In this document: positions 1-9,528 of the stretch, piece after piece
How positions within the stretch are numbered: position 1 is the stretch's first letter
Layout: each line of letters opens with the position of its first letter
Virus record (IMG/VR): IMGVR_UViG_3300025867_000005
DNA: 64,000 bases
Source: a virus
Taxonomy: Duplodnaviria; Caudoviricetes
Reading direction: 5' to 3' (one strand)
Made by a program: the position numbers and the translations under genes
Notes under the pieces: model-generated
Databases searched by the model: none
Told to the model about the DNA's origin: nothing
The model's input: only the letters and a program-made list of their open reading frames with translations

Positions 1-689
1 GGATGCCTGTGATAGCCATAGAATCCCGCATGGAAGCAGCGTGGAACATGTGAGAAGGCGACTTTAAGTTTGTTGGCTTCGATGATCCTGCGAATCAGGC
101 CGTCTTGTTCACAAAAACTAGCGTTCAATTTGCTTTCCGGGAAATGTCTTTTGACATACAAAAGAGGGTTGAAAAAATAATGTGCGTTGTTGTGCGGCCC
201 CAAATGGGTTTTCAACTGTTCGTTGTCAAAACAAACTCCGATACCTTGATACTGATTATTGTCTGGTTTGGAATAGAAGGAATTAAGGTCTTCACAGGTA
301 GAATCAGCATCATTCACGTTCCGGGATAAAATGACAGCAAAGGCTTTTGAAGTCCTGCTAACTTTTTCCCCGAACGTAAAGAAATCTTTTCCTATGAATA
401 CATCATCTTCTATATAAAACACCTTTTCTGATTCCCGGCTATTTTCAGAAAGCAAGCCGTTTATGACGTTCTTAGATTGTTTGCCGATTTTGAAATTATG
501 TAAATCGGGAGTAACTATTACCCTATTCGCCTTGAACCGGCTTATTACACCGAACACTTGCTTCGTCACTCCGATGTCGGCAGCGAAAACATATTTTAAG
601 TCATGCCAACCGTCAGCTTCCATTATAAAGTTTAGACAGAGTTCAAGATATTCCGCACGATTGAAACAAGGTATCACGACAGTATTCAT
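1..689 (-). CDS. Glycosyltransferase family 2-like protein (runs off window start)
   Basis: Not in ORF track; read manually. ATG at 689 overlaps the TGA of the upstream gene. Starts MNTVVIPCFNRAEYLELCL (GT-A N-terminus) and later has FYIEDD (DxD-like). Confidence 0.7.
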   Translation of the reverse strand, partial: MNTVVIPCFNRAEYLELCLNFIMEADGWHDLKYVFAADIGVTKQVFGVISRFKANRVIVTPDLHNFKIGKQSKNVINGLLSENSRESEKVFYIEDDVFIGKDFFTFGEKVSRTSKAFAVILSRNVNDADSTCEDLNSFYSKPDNNQYQGIGVCFDNEQLKTHLGPHNNAHYFFNPLLYVKRHFPESKLNASFCEQDGLIRRIIEANKLKVAFSHVPRCFHAGFYGYHRH

Positions 690-1567
690 AGATTCAAATA
701 CTTTCTAATGAATTGGAACATTGTTCCGTCTGCAATTTCCTTTTGATTCCATTGCGAATAAGAAATTTTAGAAAGCCATTCTAATCTTTTAGACGCAGAA
801 GGTAAATAATCGACATCCCATTTTTCATCTTCCAAGTGACTAGTAAGTTCAGAATATAAAGCGTTTTTTGACGATAAAACTGGTATACCGTTTATTATGA
901 AATGAAGTGCCGATGTCGAGCAATAAGTGATTACACAACGGAATTCTTCAATTGGAAGATTTTCTATCCTTTCATCTCTTAGATCAATACTGAGCCCTTC
1001 TCTCGCCAATAGATTACAGAAACCCTTTTGTTTTTCTCGAAAAGTAGTTAATGGATGCGGTCTATATGTAATATCGCATGGAAAATCTTTCTTGCATTTT
1101 TGAATGACATCATATGTCCATTTCAAAAGTTCGTCTTCTCCCATTCCGTGGGAAACATCATTCGGGACCTGTCCCATAAATGCAATTGTGGAATTTGGAT
1201 TACTTCTTTTTTCAGAAATAGGAATATTAAGATATTGCCATCTTATGGAATCACAAAGTTCTGGACAAACCCATTTTTCATCATAGATTCCACATCTGAA
1301 ATATCCTAGGCGTGTGGCGATTTCAGTTCTCCTTATCATTCCCAAATCGAAAACAATAGCTTTTGTATTTAATTCATCCCGTACATATTTAAGGGTATCG
1401 CTTAGTCCCCATCCGAAACAAAGATCATACTTAAGCTTTGGGACGTTGTTTGGATCATCTTCTTTAAGTTCTATGACTTCCCATCCGTTATTTCTTAGAT
1501 AAGACTTGAACAGGTCTATGATTATCAAGCCCTGATCCCAGTGTCTTGAATGTGTAAAAGCAACCAA
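686..1567 (-). CDS. Putative GT-B / capsule-polysaccharide-biosynthesis-like protein
   Basis: Motifs GQVPNDVS, YRPHP and VITYCSTSALHFIINGIPV resemble KpsC/KpsS-like GT-B domains; lies in a glycosyltransferase cluster. Confidence 0.55.
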   Translation of the reverse strand: MVAFTHSRHWDQGLIIIDLFKSYLRNNGWEVIELKEDDPNNVPKLKYDLCFGWGLSDTLKYVRDELNTKAIVFDLGMIRRTEIATRLGYFRCGIYDEKWVCPELCDSIRWQYLNIPISEKRSNPNSTIAFMGQVPNDVSHGMGEDELLKWTYDVIQKCKKDFPCDITYRPHPLTTFREKQKGFCNLLAREGLSIDLRDERIENLPIEEFRCVITYCSTSALHFIINGIPVLSSKNALYSELTSHLEDEKWDVDYLPSASKRLEWLSKISYSQWNQKEIADGTMFQFIRKYLNL

Positions 1568-1568
1568 T

Positions 1569-2162
1569 TTAGACCCTGCCTAATATTATATTTTCGGGGT
1601 TTGTCAGAAGAACTGTCCAACCTTTTCCGAAATATGAAACAATTTCATTTATTTTTCCATCGTGTTCCACACAAACCAAATTAAGGTTTGGTAGCCTATT
1701 AAGAGGCAATTGCGTGACGAGTTCTAAATTTAATGCTTCTACATCTAGATTCAAAAAAGAAAAATCATATCCAGAAACAGAAAACAATTCTTCCATCGTT
1801 ATCGTTTTTATAAAGACTTCTCGGAATCTAATACTTGATCCAGCCTCCCATTTTTCTTTATGTTTTTCATCAAAAGATCCGACAGCATCTCCGTTTGATT
1901 CATAGAACTTCAGGAGTTCTGATTTTGAAGTTATCGCGGCATTAACGAGCTTCACTCTGGGATTATCTTTGTGAGTTTCTAAAAGAGAAGAAAAAACGAC
2001 GCTAGACGGTTCCACACACGTCCCTTCCCATCCAAGTTCTACTAATCGATAAGTATTGCTTAAATTTATTCCATCAAACGCACCTATGTCTAAAAATTTA
2101 CCAATCGCCCTATTTTGGTAAAACTCTGTGATGATCTGTTCTTCGTTGTTTTGTGAATACAT
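1569..2162 (-). CDS. FkbM-family SAM methyltransferase
   Basis: MYSQNNE start, FLDIGAFDG, NTYRL..LGWEGTCVEP, LNLDVEA. Confidence 0.85.
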   Translation of the reverse strand: MYSQNNEEQIITEFYQNRAIGKFLDIGAFDGINLSNTYRLVELGWEGTCVEPSSVVFSSLLETHKDNPRVKLVNAAITSKSELLKFYESNGDAVGSFDEKHKEKWEAGSSIRFREVFIKTITMEELFSVSGYDFSFLNLDVEALNLELVTQLPLNRLPNLNLVCVEHDGKINEIVSYFGKGWTVLLTNPENIILGRV

Positions 2163-2163
2163 C

Positions 2164-3474
2164 TTATTTTCCCCTTTGTGATAAGAATAGATATCGATAA
2201 ATATTCCCTTCGATCTTTGATTCCTTTTTCAGTAAAGGAAGCAGCCTGTCTGAAAAATCCCTATCTTCTCCTTGGCTAAGAGCGTCATTAAATCTTGTCT
2301 TAAGAACCAATTCCCTTTTGATTGCGTTTAGATGGTTTGGACACCTAATATAAATCGTCTTACCGTTTTCAGCGATAGTTTCCCATTTTTTATATTCTAC
2401 GGAATGGATAAACTTGGCGGGGTTCTTTCCATCAACGGTATAAATTCCTTCCAGACTGCAACAATCAGGATCGTTTTGAATCGCCGCTAATATTTTAGAA
2501 ACGTAGTCATCACTAACCAAATCATCATCATCATCTATGAAACAAACGTAATCCCCTTTGGCCCTGTCTAATAGTTTATTTCTCTTCCTTCCTATTTTCA
2601 TCTTTCCATCATCGACTTCCGTCAGAATTTCGACTTCTTCTGTCTTTTGTTTTTGTATAACGGACAATAGTCTTTGAAGCAATGCCTGTCTTTGTTTAAT
2701 TGAACAAACTAGGATAGATAGTCTTGTTTGTGACTGTTTTACATTTCCTGTTAATACTTCTGCTTTTTTGTAAGTCAAGGAAAAGCGAACCGCCTTTTCT
2801 TCTATGGAAGGATCTACCTGAATAAGTTGACAAACATTCTTCCTCATTCTTGAACGAAACAATTCCGTACCAGACGCATAGGAATAATCAAGAGCCTTGT
2901 CCACTTCGTCTCTTTCCCTCTTCCCGTTGCAATAATGCCGATGTTCAAATATCGTTTTACAGGTCTTCCTTACGTCTTTCAATATGCACATTCTTTCAGC
3001 GATTATATAGAGCTCGCAATCACTTGACATATGACTGTAAACAGGATGGTAAATTATCTTCTTCATCTTCTTCAAAGCGGAAAATGTCATTATCGGAAAG
3101 GTAATGACCCTCGCCGGATATTTCTGTATCCCGTCATTTACCAACAAAACACAATTTTTATCTTTCCCAACAAGGCCAACAATTGTTTTATCCCAATTCT
3201 TCGGAGGAAAGAAATCATCACTAGCGAGAATTACAATATCTGAATCTTCTGCTTCGAGATTTCTGGAGAGACAATAGGCGGGGAAACAAACACCTTTGGG
3301 TCCACCTTCTGTTACAATGACATCAAATCCGTCAAGTTCTTCTTTTTGTTCTTTTGTATCGACGGCCACATGAGTATCAATTTCATAGAGACCAGAAGAA
3401 TTATCCATCCAATGGTGATGTGTAGATTTTAAAACATTTGGTCTGCATGTCGCCCATAGAATGATAATTTTCAT
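2164..3474 (-). CDS. Two-domain GT2 glycosyltransferase
   Basis: Two GT-A domains: ILASDDFFP in the first; LSILVCS...KRNKLLDRAKGDYVCFIDDDD and GEDRDF in the second. Confidence 0.8.
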   Translation of the reverse strand: MKIIILWATCRPNVLKSTHHHWMDNSSGLYEIDTHVAVDTKEQKEELDGFDVIVTEGGPKGVCFPAYCLSRNLEAEDSDIVILASDDFFPPKNWDKTIVGLVGKDKNCVLLVNDGIQKYPARVITFPIMTFSALKKMKKIIYHPVYSHMSSDCELYIIAERMCILKDVRKTCKTIFEHRHYCNGKRERDEVDKALDYSYASGTELFRSRMRKNVCQLIQVDPSIEEKAVRFSLTYKKAEVLTGNVKQSQTRLSILVCSIKQRQALLQRLLSVIQKQKTEEVEILTEVDDGKMKIGRKRNKLLDRAKGDYVCFIDDDDDLVSDDYVSKILAAIQNDPDCCSLEGIYTVDGKNPAKFIHSVEYKKWETIAENGKTIYIRCPNHLNAIKRELVLKTRFNDALSQGEDRDFSDRLLPLLKKESKIEGNIYRYLFLSQRGK

Positions 3475-3477
3475 ACA

Positions 3478-4356
3478 TTAAATTCCTGTTAATATCGCCA
3501 TTGAACACGCCTTGTTTCTTTGAAGGAAAGATTCTCTGTTTTTGTTCCCTTCTAAAATCAGTTGTTCTAAAGGAACTGAATAAACCTTTTTTATTTCTTG
3601 CACAAGTGATTCGACATCCACTTTATAAAGAGTTCCTTTGTTCATTCGTTCTTCCGTTTCTGTCAAAACCAAGCGAGATGAGAAAAACTCTGACATCGGC
3701 GGGGCATCTGTTGTAATGACGACAGCACCCGTGCTTGCGGCTTCGTGTAAATAATGCCCCCAGCCCTCATAATAACTTGGGCATAGGTGTATCAGGCTTT
3801 CATTCATCAAACGCTTTAGATCAGGTTCTGATAGCCTTCCCAACTGTTTGATATTACACCCCGAAACATCCCATTTGTTTGCCCCGACAAAAAAACATTT
3901 TGGAAGGTCTTTGTTCTTCTTATATGCTTCAATAATTTCCAAAGTCCCTTTTGTTCTAGAAGATCCACATACATGCAATATCTTCTTTTCTTTCTTAACT
4001 TCAGGTGAGTAAAAATCTTGGCTGATGAAGCCTGTAAAAACACAAGACGGATGGAGTCTCCCAAAGATGCTGAAACAATCTCTTGTCTTACACCAGATTT
4101 CTTTAAATCTAGGCAAGCCTTCTGTCCAATTTGGATAAAACCATTCCGGATTAGGAACAAAGATATTTCGGTTTGACAACTGAATACAGTCATACCTTGG
4201 GATTTGGAGATGTATTTGGATATCAGCCCGTCCTCCGCGTTGATGCTTCTGCCAATCCAGAATGAAAATTTCATGTTCAGACAACATATTCTTCAGAAGA
4301 TTGGCATCCTTTTCAAGGCCAACTCCATTCAAAGAGGTATATACGTTTATCTTCAT
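3478..4356 (-). CDS. GT-B (GT4-like) glycosyltransferase
   Basis: HVCGSSRTKGT and LCPSYYEGWGHYLHEAASTGAVVITTDAPPMSE (EX7E motif). Confidence 0.85.
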   Translation of the reverse strand: MKINVYTSLNGVGLEKDANLLKNMLSEHEIFILDWQKHQRGGRADIQIHLQIPRYDCIQLSNRNIFVPNPEWFYPNWTEGLPRFKEIWCKTRDCFSIFGRLHPSCVFTGFISQDFYSPEVKKEKKILHVCGSSRTKGTLEIIEAYKKNKDLPKCFFVGANKWDVSGCNIKQLGRLSEPDLKRLMNESLIHLCPSYYEGWGHYLHEAASTGAVVITTDAPPMSEFFSSRLVLTETEERMNKGTLYKVDVESLVQEIKKVYSVPLEQLILEGNKNRESFLQRNKACSMAILTGI

Positions 4357-4377
4357 GCCTTATGTCTTGAATTCGAA

Positions 4378-4686
4378 TTAAATACATTTAAAGTCAATGC
4401 CGTATCCAAAAATACTTCTCGTCTTGTTTGAAAAACAATGGTTAATTGCGCTGATTAACAAACCTTCGAATGCTGTCAGGAAATACCATCCACGCCCTTT
4501 TAACGGATGTGAAAGAACGTATATCCTTTCGCCGTCCCTACAAAATGCAAATTGACTTCCATTGCCTGAAGTATTGACTTCGAAGTATTTGTCTTTCAGC
4601 GGGACTTCACGGAGAATCGCGTTGGAATGAATGACATCGCTGTATTCCTTAATGATTTCGTCTATGCTTTTGTTTTCAGTCGGCAT
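4378..4686 (-). CDS. Hypothetical protein
   Basis: Co-oriented ORF overlapping the end of the RNA ligase gene. Confidence 0.55.
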   Translation of the reverse strand: MPTENKSIDEIIKEYSDVIHSNAILREVPLKDKYFEVNTSGNGSQFAFCRDGERIYVLSHPLKGRGWYFLTAFEGLLISAINHCFSNKTRSIFGYGIDFKCI

Positions 4687-5833
4687 CCTCTTTCTTGCCT
4701 TTTTGGAGTAAATACTTTCGACTTACAGTCTTGAAACTGACATTCGGGTCATTGATTTTTGAGAAGACCAATCCTTCACGCAACTGATCTGGTTTGAGTT
4801 TGGAAAATCCGTCTGCGAATTCCAAAATAGAATTGACATCCGGGAACTGAGTAAGCCATCCGTCCCAAATGACAGGAACGACTTTTAGTTCTACTTTGAT
4901 TCCAAATTTCGCCTGAACACCATCAAACAGTTCTCTCATTTTGTAAGGATTGAAAAAGCTAACGCTTCCGTCCCTGTAATTTATCTTCACTCTGTAGACA
5001 TACAAATCTGGTTCCTTTAGACAATAGATATTGTTGCAAATCTTTGGTCCGATGATTTCTCCCTGAATCGCTACTGATTTAACACTTTTTCCAAGAAGGG
5101 ACAGGATTCCTTTTAAGTATGCTCTGATTTGATAAGCGTCATACATCTGCCACCAAACATTTTGACTTCTCGAAAGTTTCATATTCCTGCTACAGACTTT
5201 GAAAGAAGTCCCGAACAATCCGATTCTGCTGATAGAAAAAGTTGCGCTAGAACCTTCAATTTTCTCACTGGCAATGAACTTAGAATCGGCTTCTGTCTGA
5301 AGAATTCCTGGCATACACTGAATCCGGGTTTCGTCAGATTTAGAAATGATATCCGAAGGGAATCCTCCTTTTTCTTTGGACAGGAATGGAAGAATAAGCG
5401 TCCGCATGATCTTGTATTTCAAAAGGAACTTCAGAATCTTGGAATCCTTTTTATTACTGATAACGGTTTCAGGATCAGTTTCTTCTTTTTCATACTTGAC
5501 GATACCAAGCCTATCTGTCAAATCCGCTCCTTCCGTCAATCCGAGAGATTCTACATCAGGGAACAAAGACAAAGGCAAAGCAAGACCTTGGCTTACTTGA
5601 CCAGCCATCTTTACCGTCTTAACACGGTATTTCCGATTAGCCATGAAGGCAAAAACAGGATTTTCTTTCGGAAGCAAAGAATCGGTTTCAAAGAAAACGC
5701 AAAGATCACCGGTTTTGAAATCACTGCGTTTTGCGACAAGTTCCCATCCCAATACCTTCACCTTAACGACGGTATTGGCTCCTGGAATTTCTTCAACTGA
5801 AACAATTTTCTGAATACTGGCAAGTTTTCTCAT
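4676..5833 (-). CDS. RNA ligase, DRB0094/Rnl5-like family
   Basis: MRKLASIQKI N-terminal OB-like module, adenylation motif EKIEGSS, IQGEIIGP, REGLVF, SFKTVS. Confidence 0.85.
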   Translation of the reverse strand: MRKLASIQKIVSVEEIPGANTVVKVKVLGWELVAKRSDFKTGDLCVFFETDSLLPKENPVFAFMANRKYRVKTVKMAGQVSQGLALPLSLFPDVESLGLTEGADLTDRLGIVKYEKEETDPETVISNKKDSKILKFLLKYKIMRTLILPFLSKEKGGFPSDIISKSDETRIQCMPGILQTEADSKFIASEKIEGSSATFSISRIGLFGTSFKVCSRNMKLSRSQNVWWQMYDAYQIRAYLKGILSLLGKSVKSVAIQGEIIGPKICNNIYCLKEPDLYVYRVKINYRDGSVSFFNPYKMRELFDGVQAKFGIKVELKVVPVIWDGWLTQFPDVNSILEFADGFSKLKPDQLREGLVFSKINDPNVSFKTVSRKYLLQKGKKEDAD

Positions 5834-6165
5834 TTATTTTCCTTGTTAAAAACAGGTTCGACTTTTGCATACCACCGGAGGATGTTTTCCGCATCCAAAT
5901 CCGTTTCTTCTCGTTTGTCTATGATTTGGGAATACCATCTCAGTGTTTCCCGAGAAAGACAGTAAAAACACAACTTTTCTTCATACTTCTCAGCAAGTTC
6001 CAACAGATTTTCTTTGTCTTTGTCTTCTGAGATTTTAATCGTTTCCCTTATCTCTTGAAGAATTTCAAACATTTCTTTGCCCATTTTCAATATCGACAAT
6101 GTGTTCTTAAACAACATGTCAAGAAGATTCTTGCGCATTTCGTCTGTAATTTTAACGCTTGCCAT
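5830..6165 (-). CDS. Hypothetical protein
   Basis: SD GAAGG upstream; stop overlaps the next start. Confidence 0.6.
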   Translation of the reverse strand: MASVKITDEMRKNLLDMLFKNTLSILKMGKEMFEILQEIRETIKISEDKDKENLLELAEKYEEKLCFYCLSRETLRWYSQIIDKREETDLDAENILRWYAKVEPVFNKENK

Positions 6166-6188
6166 TTTTTAGCCTTCTTTCTGTAAAA

Positions 6189-6545
6189 TTAGGTTACATT
6201 GAATTCGATTATGAAACAGGCCTTCTCTCTTCCGATTGATTTCCTGATATCTTCACCCCATTCGATATTCAGCTCTTCTCCGCAGAATTCGAACATGTCT
6301 GCACCTTCCTGTATGTCTGTCGATTTCGTCCCGTACAGGAAAGAAAGCTTTCCGTCCACAGAATCAATCTTTGTCGGTTCAGGGAATTGATATTCAATAC
6401 CGTCAATGACGATAAGGATAATATTGTTCAAAGGTCTGCGGATAACGTGCTGACAAACACCAGAAACCGTTATCCCGTGCCTTGTAAACCCGACATTCTT
6501 GCCGATCATGCTATAAATTGAGAATCGATTGTTGTCTTCCATCAA
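6189..6545 (-). CDS. Hypothetical protein
   Basis: Co-oriented ORF within the operon. Confidence 0.55.
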   Translation of the reverse strand: MMEDNNRFSIYSMIGKNVGFTRHGITVSGVCQHVIRRPLNNIILIVIDGIEYQFPEPTKIDSVDGKLSFLYGTKSTDIQEGADMFEFCGEELNIEWGEDIRKSIGREKACFIIEFNVT

Positions 6546-6557
6546 GAAAATTCCCCT

Positions 6558-7766
6558 TTAAATATAATCATAGTTTTCATCATCTGATTTTGTGAATTCT
6601 GTTGCTTTTTTCCCGAAACAGACGCGGAAGAGTTCGTCAGCCGCCGCCATCTCGTCTTGCAACACGGATTCGAAATAACAGAATTTGACGGCATTCGCCA
6701 ATGCCTGAACATTATTTTCCTGTTCGGCTTTGAACATATGAAAGGCATCACAGATGTCAATTACCTTTGTTGTGGAAAACGGAGTAAGGATTTCTCCGTC
6801 TTTCATCGCTTTGCGTAGACAATCTTTGAAATTCATAAATTTCACTGCGGTTTCGCAATCAAAGATGTTCCTGCTGATAATTTCACGTTCTGCCAGCTTG
6901 TCATACCCGAACCGAAAGGTTGCGGTAATACGCTGAATCATGGATGCGTCCAAAGCCCGACGTTGTGCCGAATATTGTTGCTGATTCGAAGACGCTCCAA
7001 GGCCATTGGTATTTCCAGCCAAGACGATGACAAAACCGGGATGACTTTTAACGACCCTTCCGCCATCTTCTGACAGGGAAATTTCACGAATCTTGTTCCT
7101 TGTCTCTAAGAGCGCGTTAAGACTGATTCCCACGCTCGGAGGAAGGCTTGCCGCTTCATCGATAAACAGAATGCCAGGTTCTCCACAGATGTTTCCCTGT
7201 TCGTCTAGCCCTTCCTGCATAGCCCTGACGGCGATACCGTCAGAAAAGACAATTTTATTTTTTCCTGTTTCTTTGTCGATCACAACGGTATTCGCACCGA
7301 AAAAGTTACTTGGTGTGGTTCCACCGTCACCGTTTAACTTGTAAAGCTTACGGTTAAGGGCAGTCGCCAGATACCTTGCGGCGGTAGTTTTACCGCAACC
7401 ACTGGGTCCGCTAAACCAAAAATTCATTGCACGATCAGCTTTCATCATCGTGATAACCTGTTTGAGGAAAGCCGGCACATGATAATTCTCAAACCCCGGA
7501 ATCTTCTCAAAGACATCTTCTGGGGCCTCTTCTTTTTCCTGTTTGATAGCAACAGCTTCAGGTTTGGGGGCATGAAAAGCCCCAGCAATAGGCTTTAAGG
7601 AAACCGTATTATCCTTGTAATACAGGAGATATCCGCTCTTAAATGCCCTGATCTTAATTGCCTTGAGATCTTTACTGGAAATCCCGTTTTCAAAAACAAG
7701 AGATCCTTCTGTTCCCGTTTTCCACAACGTTTCAAGCTTAGAATAATCTTTGTTCGTGATTGTCAT
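6558..7766 (-). CDS. CobS/CbbQ/MoxR-type AAA+ ATPase
   Basis: Walker A GPSGCGKT, Walker B LFIDEA, LNALLE, HPGF..GNTNG, ALDAS..QR. Start set at ATG 7766, downstream of SD and promoter. Confidence 0.85.
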   Translation of the reverse strand: MTITNKDYSKLETLWKTGTEGSLVFENGISSKDLKAIKIRAFKSGYLLYYKDNTVSLKPIAGAFHAPKPEAVAIKQEKEEAPEDVFEKIPGFENYHVPAFLKQVITMMKADRAMNFWFSGPSGCGKTTAARYLATALNRKLYKLNGDGGTTPSNFFGANTVVIDKETGKNKIVFSDGIAVRAMQEGLDEQGNICGEPGILFIDEAASLPPSVGISLNALLETRNKIREISLSEDGGRVVKSHPGFVIVLAGNTNGLGASSNQQQYSAQRRALDASMIQRITATFRFGYDKLAEREIISRNIFDCETAVKFMNFKDCLRKAMKDGEILTPFSTTKVIDICDAFHMFKAEQENNVQALANAVKFCYFESVLQDEMAAADELFRVCFGKKATEFTKSDDENYDYI

Positions 7767-7796
7767 AAATAGCCTTTCTCGTTTGTCTTTAATCAA

Positions 7797-7825
7797 ACTG
7801 TATCATTACTTCTCGCTGTTGTCAA
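7797..7825 (-). promoter_or_regulatory. Sigma70-type (early) promoter
   Basis: TTGACA-N17-TACAGT with extended TG, intergenic. Confidence 0.7.
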
Positions 7826-7830
7826 TAGGT

Positions 7831-9462
7831 CTAGGCTTTTCCCCTGTTCCGAGTAACGATATCGGCGATTTTCGTCAAAACCGTCTTTGAAAATGCGTTG
7901 CCTTCAGAGGAATTGATTTCTGAAACATATTCTTTTCCGTAATGGACGGCAACAGCGTTTCCACAGTCGATAGATAAGGCGTAAACTTCTATCCCGTTCT
8001 TCCTTGCATCGGAAAGAACACGAGAGAGGTTGTTGGAAACTTTTTCATCTGACTTTTCATCTTGACCGCTAAAAGTTTCCCCATCAGTAATGACGAAGAT
8101 AATCTTCCTCTTTTCCTTACGTAGGCTTAGATTTGAAACTGCATAAGAAATGGCTTCACCGTCGATATGATTCTCTATCCCGTGATAATTCATCACGGTA
8201 GAACCAACACTGTTCCAGTTGTCTTCAAACTTCTTGTAGATTGAAAACACCATGCTTCTCCATCTTGTAAAACAAAAGTTCTTGTTTCGTGGGGTTTTTG
8301 TAGAAGAACCGAAAATTTCAAAAGGAACTTCAATCCTGTGAAGCGTTTCTCCCAAAACGATCATCGTGTCTATTACGTATTTGGAAACATTGCACATAGA
8401 ATAGCTTTGATCAACACAGATGGAAACCGCCGTATTCAAATCCAAACCTTCATGGATATCAGTAAATACGTCTTTCCTCAAGGAAAAAGCGATTTCAGGA
8501 AGCATCTTTGTGTTGATATTCCCGGATTCCAACCCCGAAATGACGGAATTGTTGACAACCGCTTCCATCTTTTCCTGAATAGAAGAAACCAAAGAGAGAA
8601 GCGGTTTGCCGAGTTTGGCTTTCCGTTCGCGGTATTTCTCTTTCAGAAAGGCAAAAGGATTAACGACTTCAAAGACATCTTCGTCTCGATACGCGGTATA
8701 TACTTCACCTGATAACTTTAATGCCGAAACCTTTGAAGAGATATTATTGTTCCGTTCTTCTTTGATTTCAGAACCACTGATATTGTCTGTTTTTTCAGCA
8801 TCCCCTTCTTCGCAATCGGGTTTTGTTCCTTCTTTTGAAGTTTTCCCATTATCATTGCTTTCTAGATCTTTAATCTCATCTTTCCAGAGTTCAAAAATCT
8901 GTTTGGCAAGAGCTAAGTTGTCTTCAGAAGACAGAGACTCTTTCCATTTTGAGAAAATCGGATAGGCGGATTCAATCATGTTGATCGTCTTTTCATCAAT
9001 GTCCCATTTGGGAACGAGATTGATTTCAGAAAACATCAGGTACAAAATAGCATCGCTAAATCCGCTGTTTATCTTCCCGTCTTTCTTTTCTGAAATTTTA
9101 ACGAAGATGTTTCGGTTTGAATTATTGATGCTGATTCCGATTCCGACATATTCTTTACTGATTTTGTCTTCAATCCACAGATCTTCAATCGCATTCCAAA
9201 TCTTGAAAATGCAACTTTGTTCCTTTATGTCAGAACTGTAAAGGATGTGCCCTAGTTCATGAAAGCAATCGGCTCTAAGGTTTTCTTTGCTTTCTTCATC
9301 CAAGGTCTGAGAACAACAGATTACAGGAATGTGGATTTCCCGTTCTTTGATCCGTGCGAAAGGAGTTGCCCCTTCTTTTTCCCAAATGACGCGGATAGAA
9401 TTGTCCTTGCATATCGCATTGACAACCGTTTCCATTGTTTGAGTAAAGTATCTGTATCCCAT
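7831..9462 (-). CDS. CobT-like VWA protein with N-terminal HExxH domain
   Basis: HELGH..NAIED at the N-terminus, MIDAS DQSYS, DGEAI, VITDG; adjacent to the CobS-like ATPase. Confidence 0.8.
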   Translation of the reverse strand: MGYRYFTQTMETVVNAICKDNSIRVIWEKEGATPFARIKEREIHIPVICCSQTLDEESKENLRADCFHELGHILYSSDIKEQSCIFKIWNAIEDLWIEDKISKEYVGIGISINNSNRNIFVKISEKKDGKINSGFSDAILYLMFSEINLVPKWDIDEKTINMIESAYPIFSKWKESLSSEDNLALAKQIFELWKDEIKDLESNDNGKTSKEGTKPDCEEGDAEKTDNISGSEIKEERNNNISSKVSALKLSGEVYTAYRDEDVFEVVNPFAFLKEKYRERKAKLGKPLLSLVSSIQEKMEAVVNNSVISGLESGNINTKMLPEIAFSLRKDVFTDIHEGLDLNTAVSICVDQSYSMCNVSKYVIDTMIVLGETLHRIEVPFEIFGSSTKTPRNKNFCFTRWRSMVFSIYKKFEDNWNSVGSTVMNYHGIENHIDGEAISYAVSNLSLRKEKRKIIFVITDGETFSGQDEKSDEKVSNNLSRVLSDARKNGIEVYALSIDCGNAVAVHYGKEYVSEINSSEGNAFSKTVLTKIADIVTRNRGKA

Positions 9463-9493
9463 TTTTGTTCCCTTTCATTTCAGAAACAGAAAT

Positions 9494-9522
9494 AAGATAC
9501 CACATTCAGACCCTGTTGTCAA
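9494..9522 (-). promoter_or_regulatory. Sigma70-type (early) promoter
   Basis: TTGACA-N17-TATCTT with extended TG, intergenic. Confidence 0.7.
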
Positions 9523-9528
9523 ATCCGT

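Noticed and set aside
5129-5800. 223-aa + strand ORF and the many other antisense or nested ORFs in the track
   Set aside because: They are shadows of well-supported genes on the other strand or frame and have no recognisable motifs.
6558-9462. Cobalamin biosynthesis (true cobS/cobT)
   Set aside because: No cobN or other cob genes are present; CobS/CobT-like AAA/VWA pairs are common in large phages with unrelated roles.
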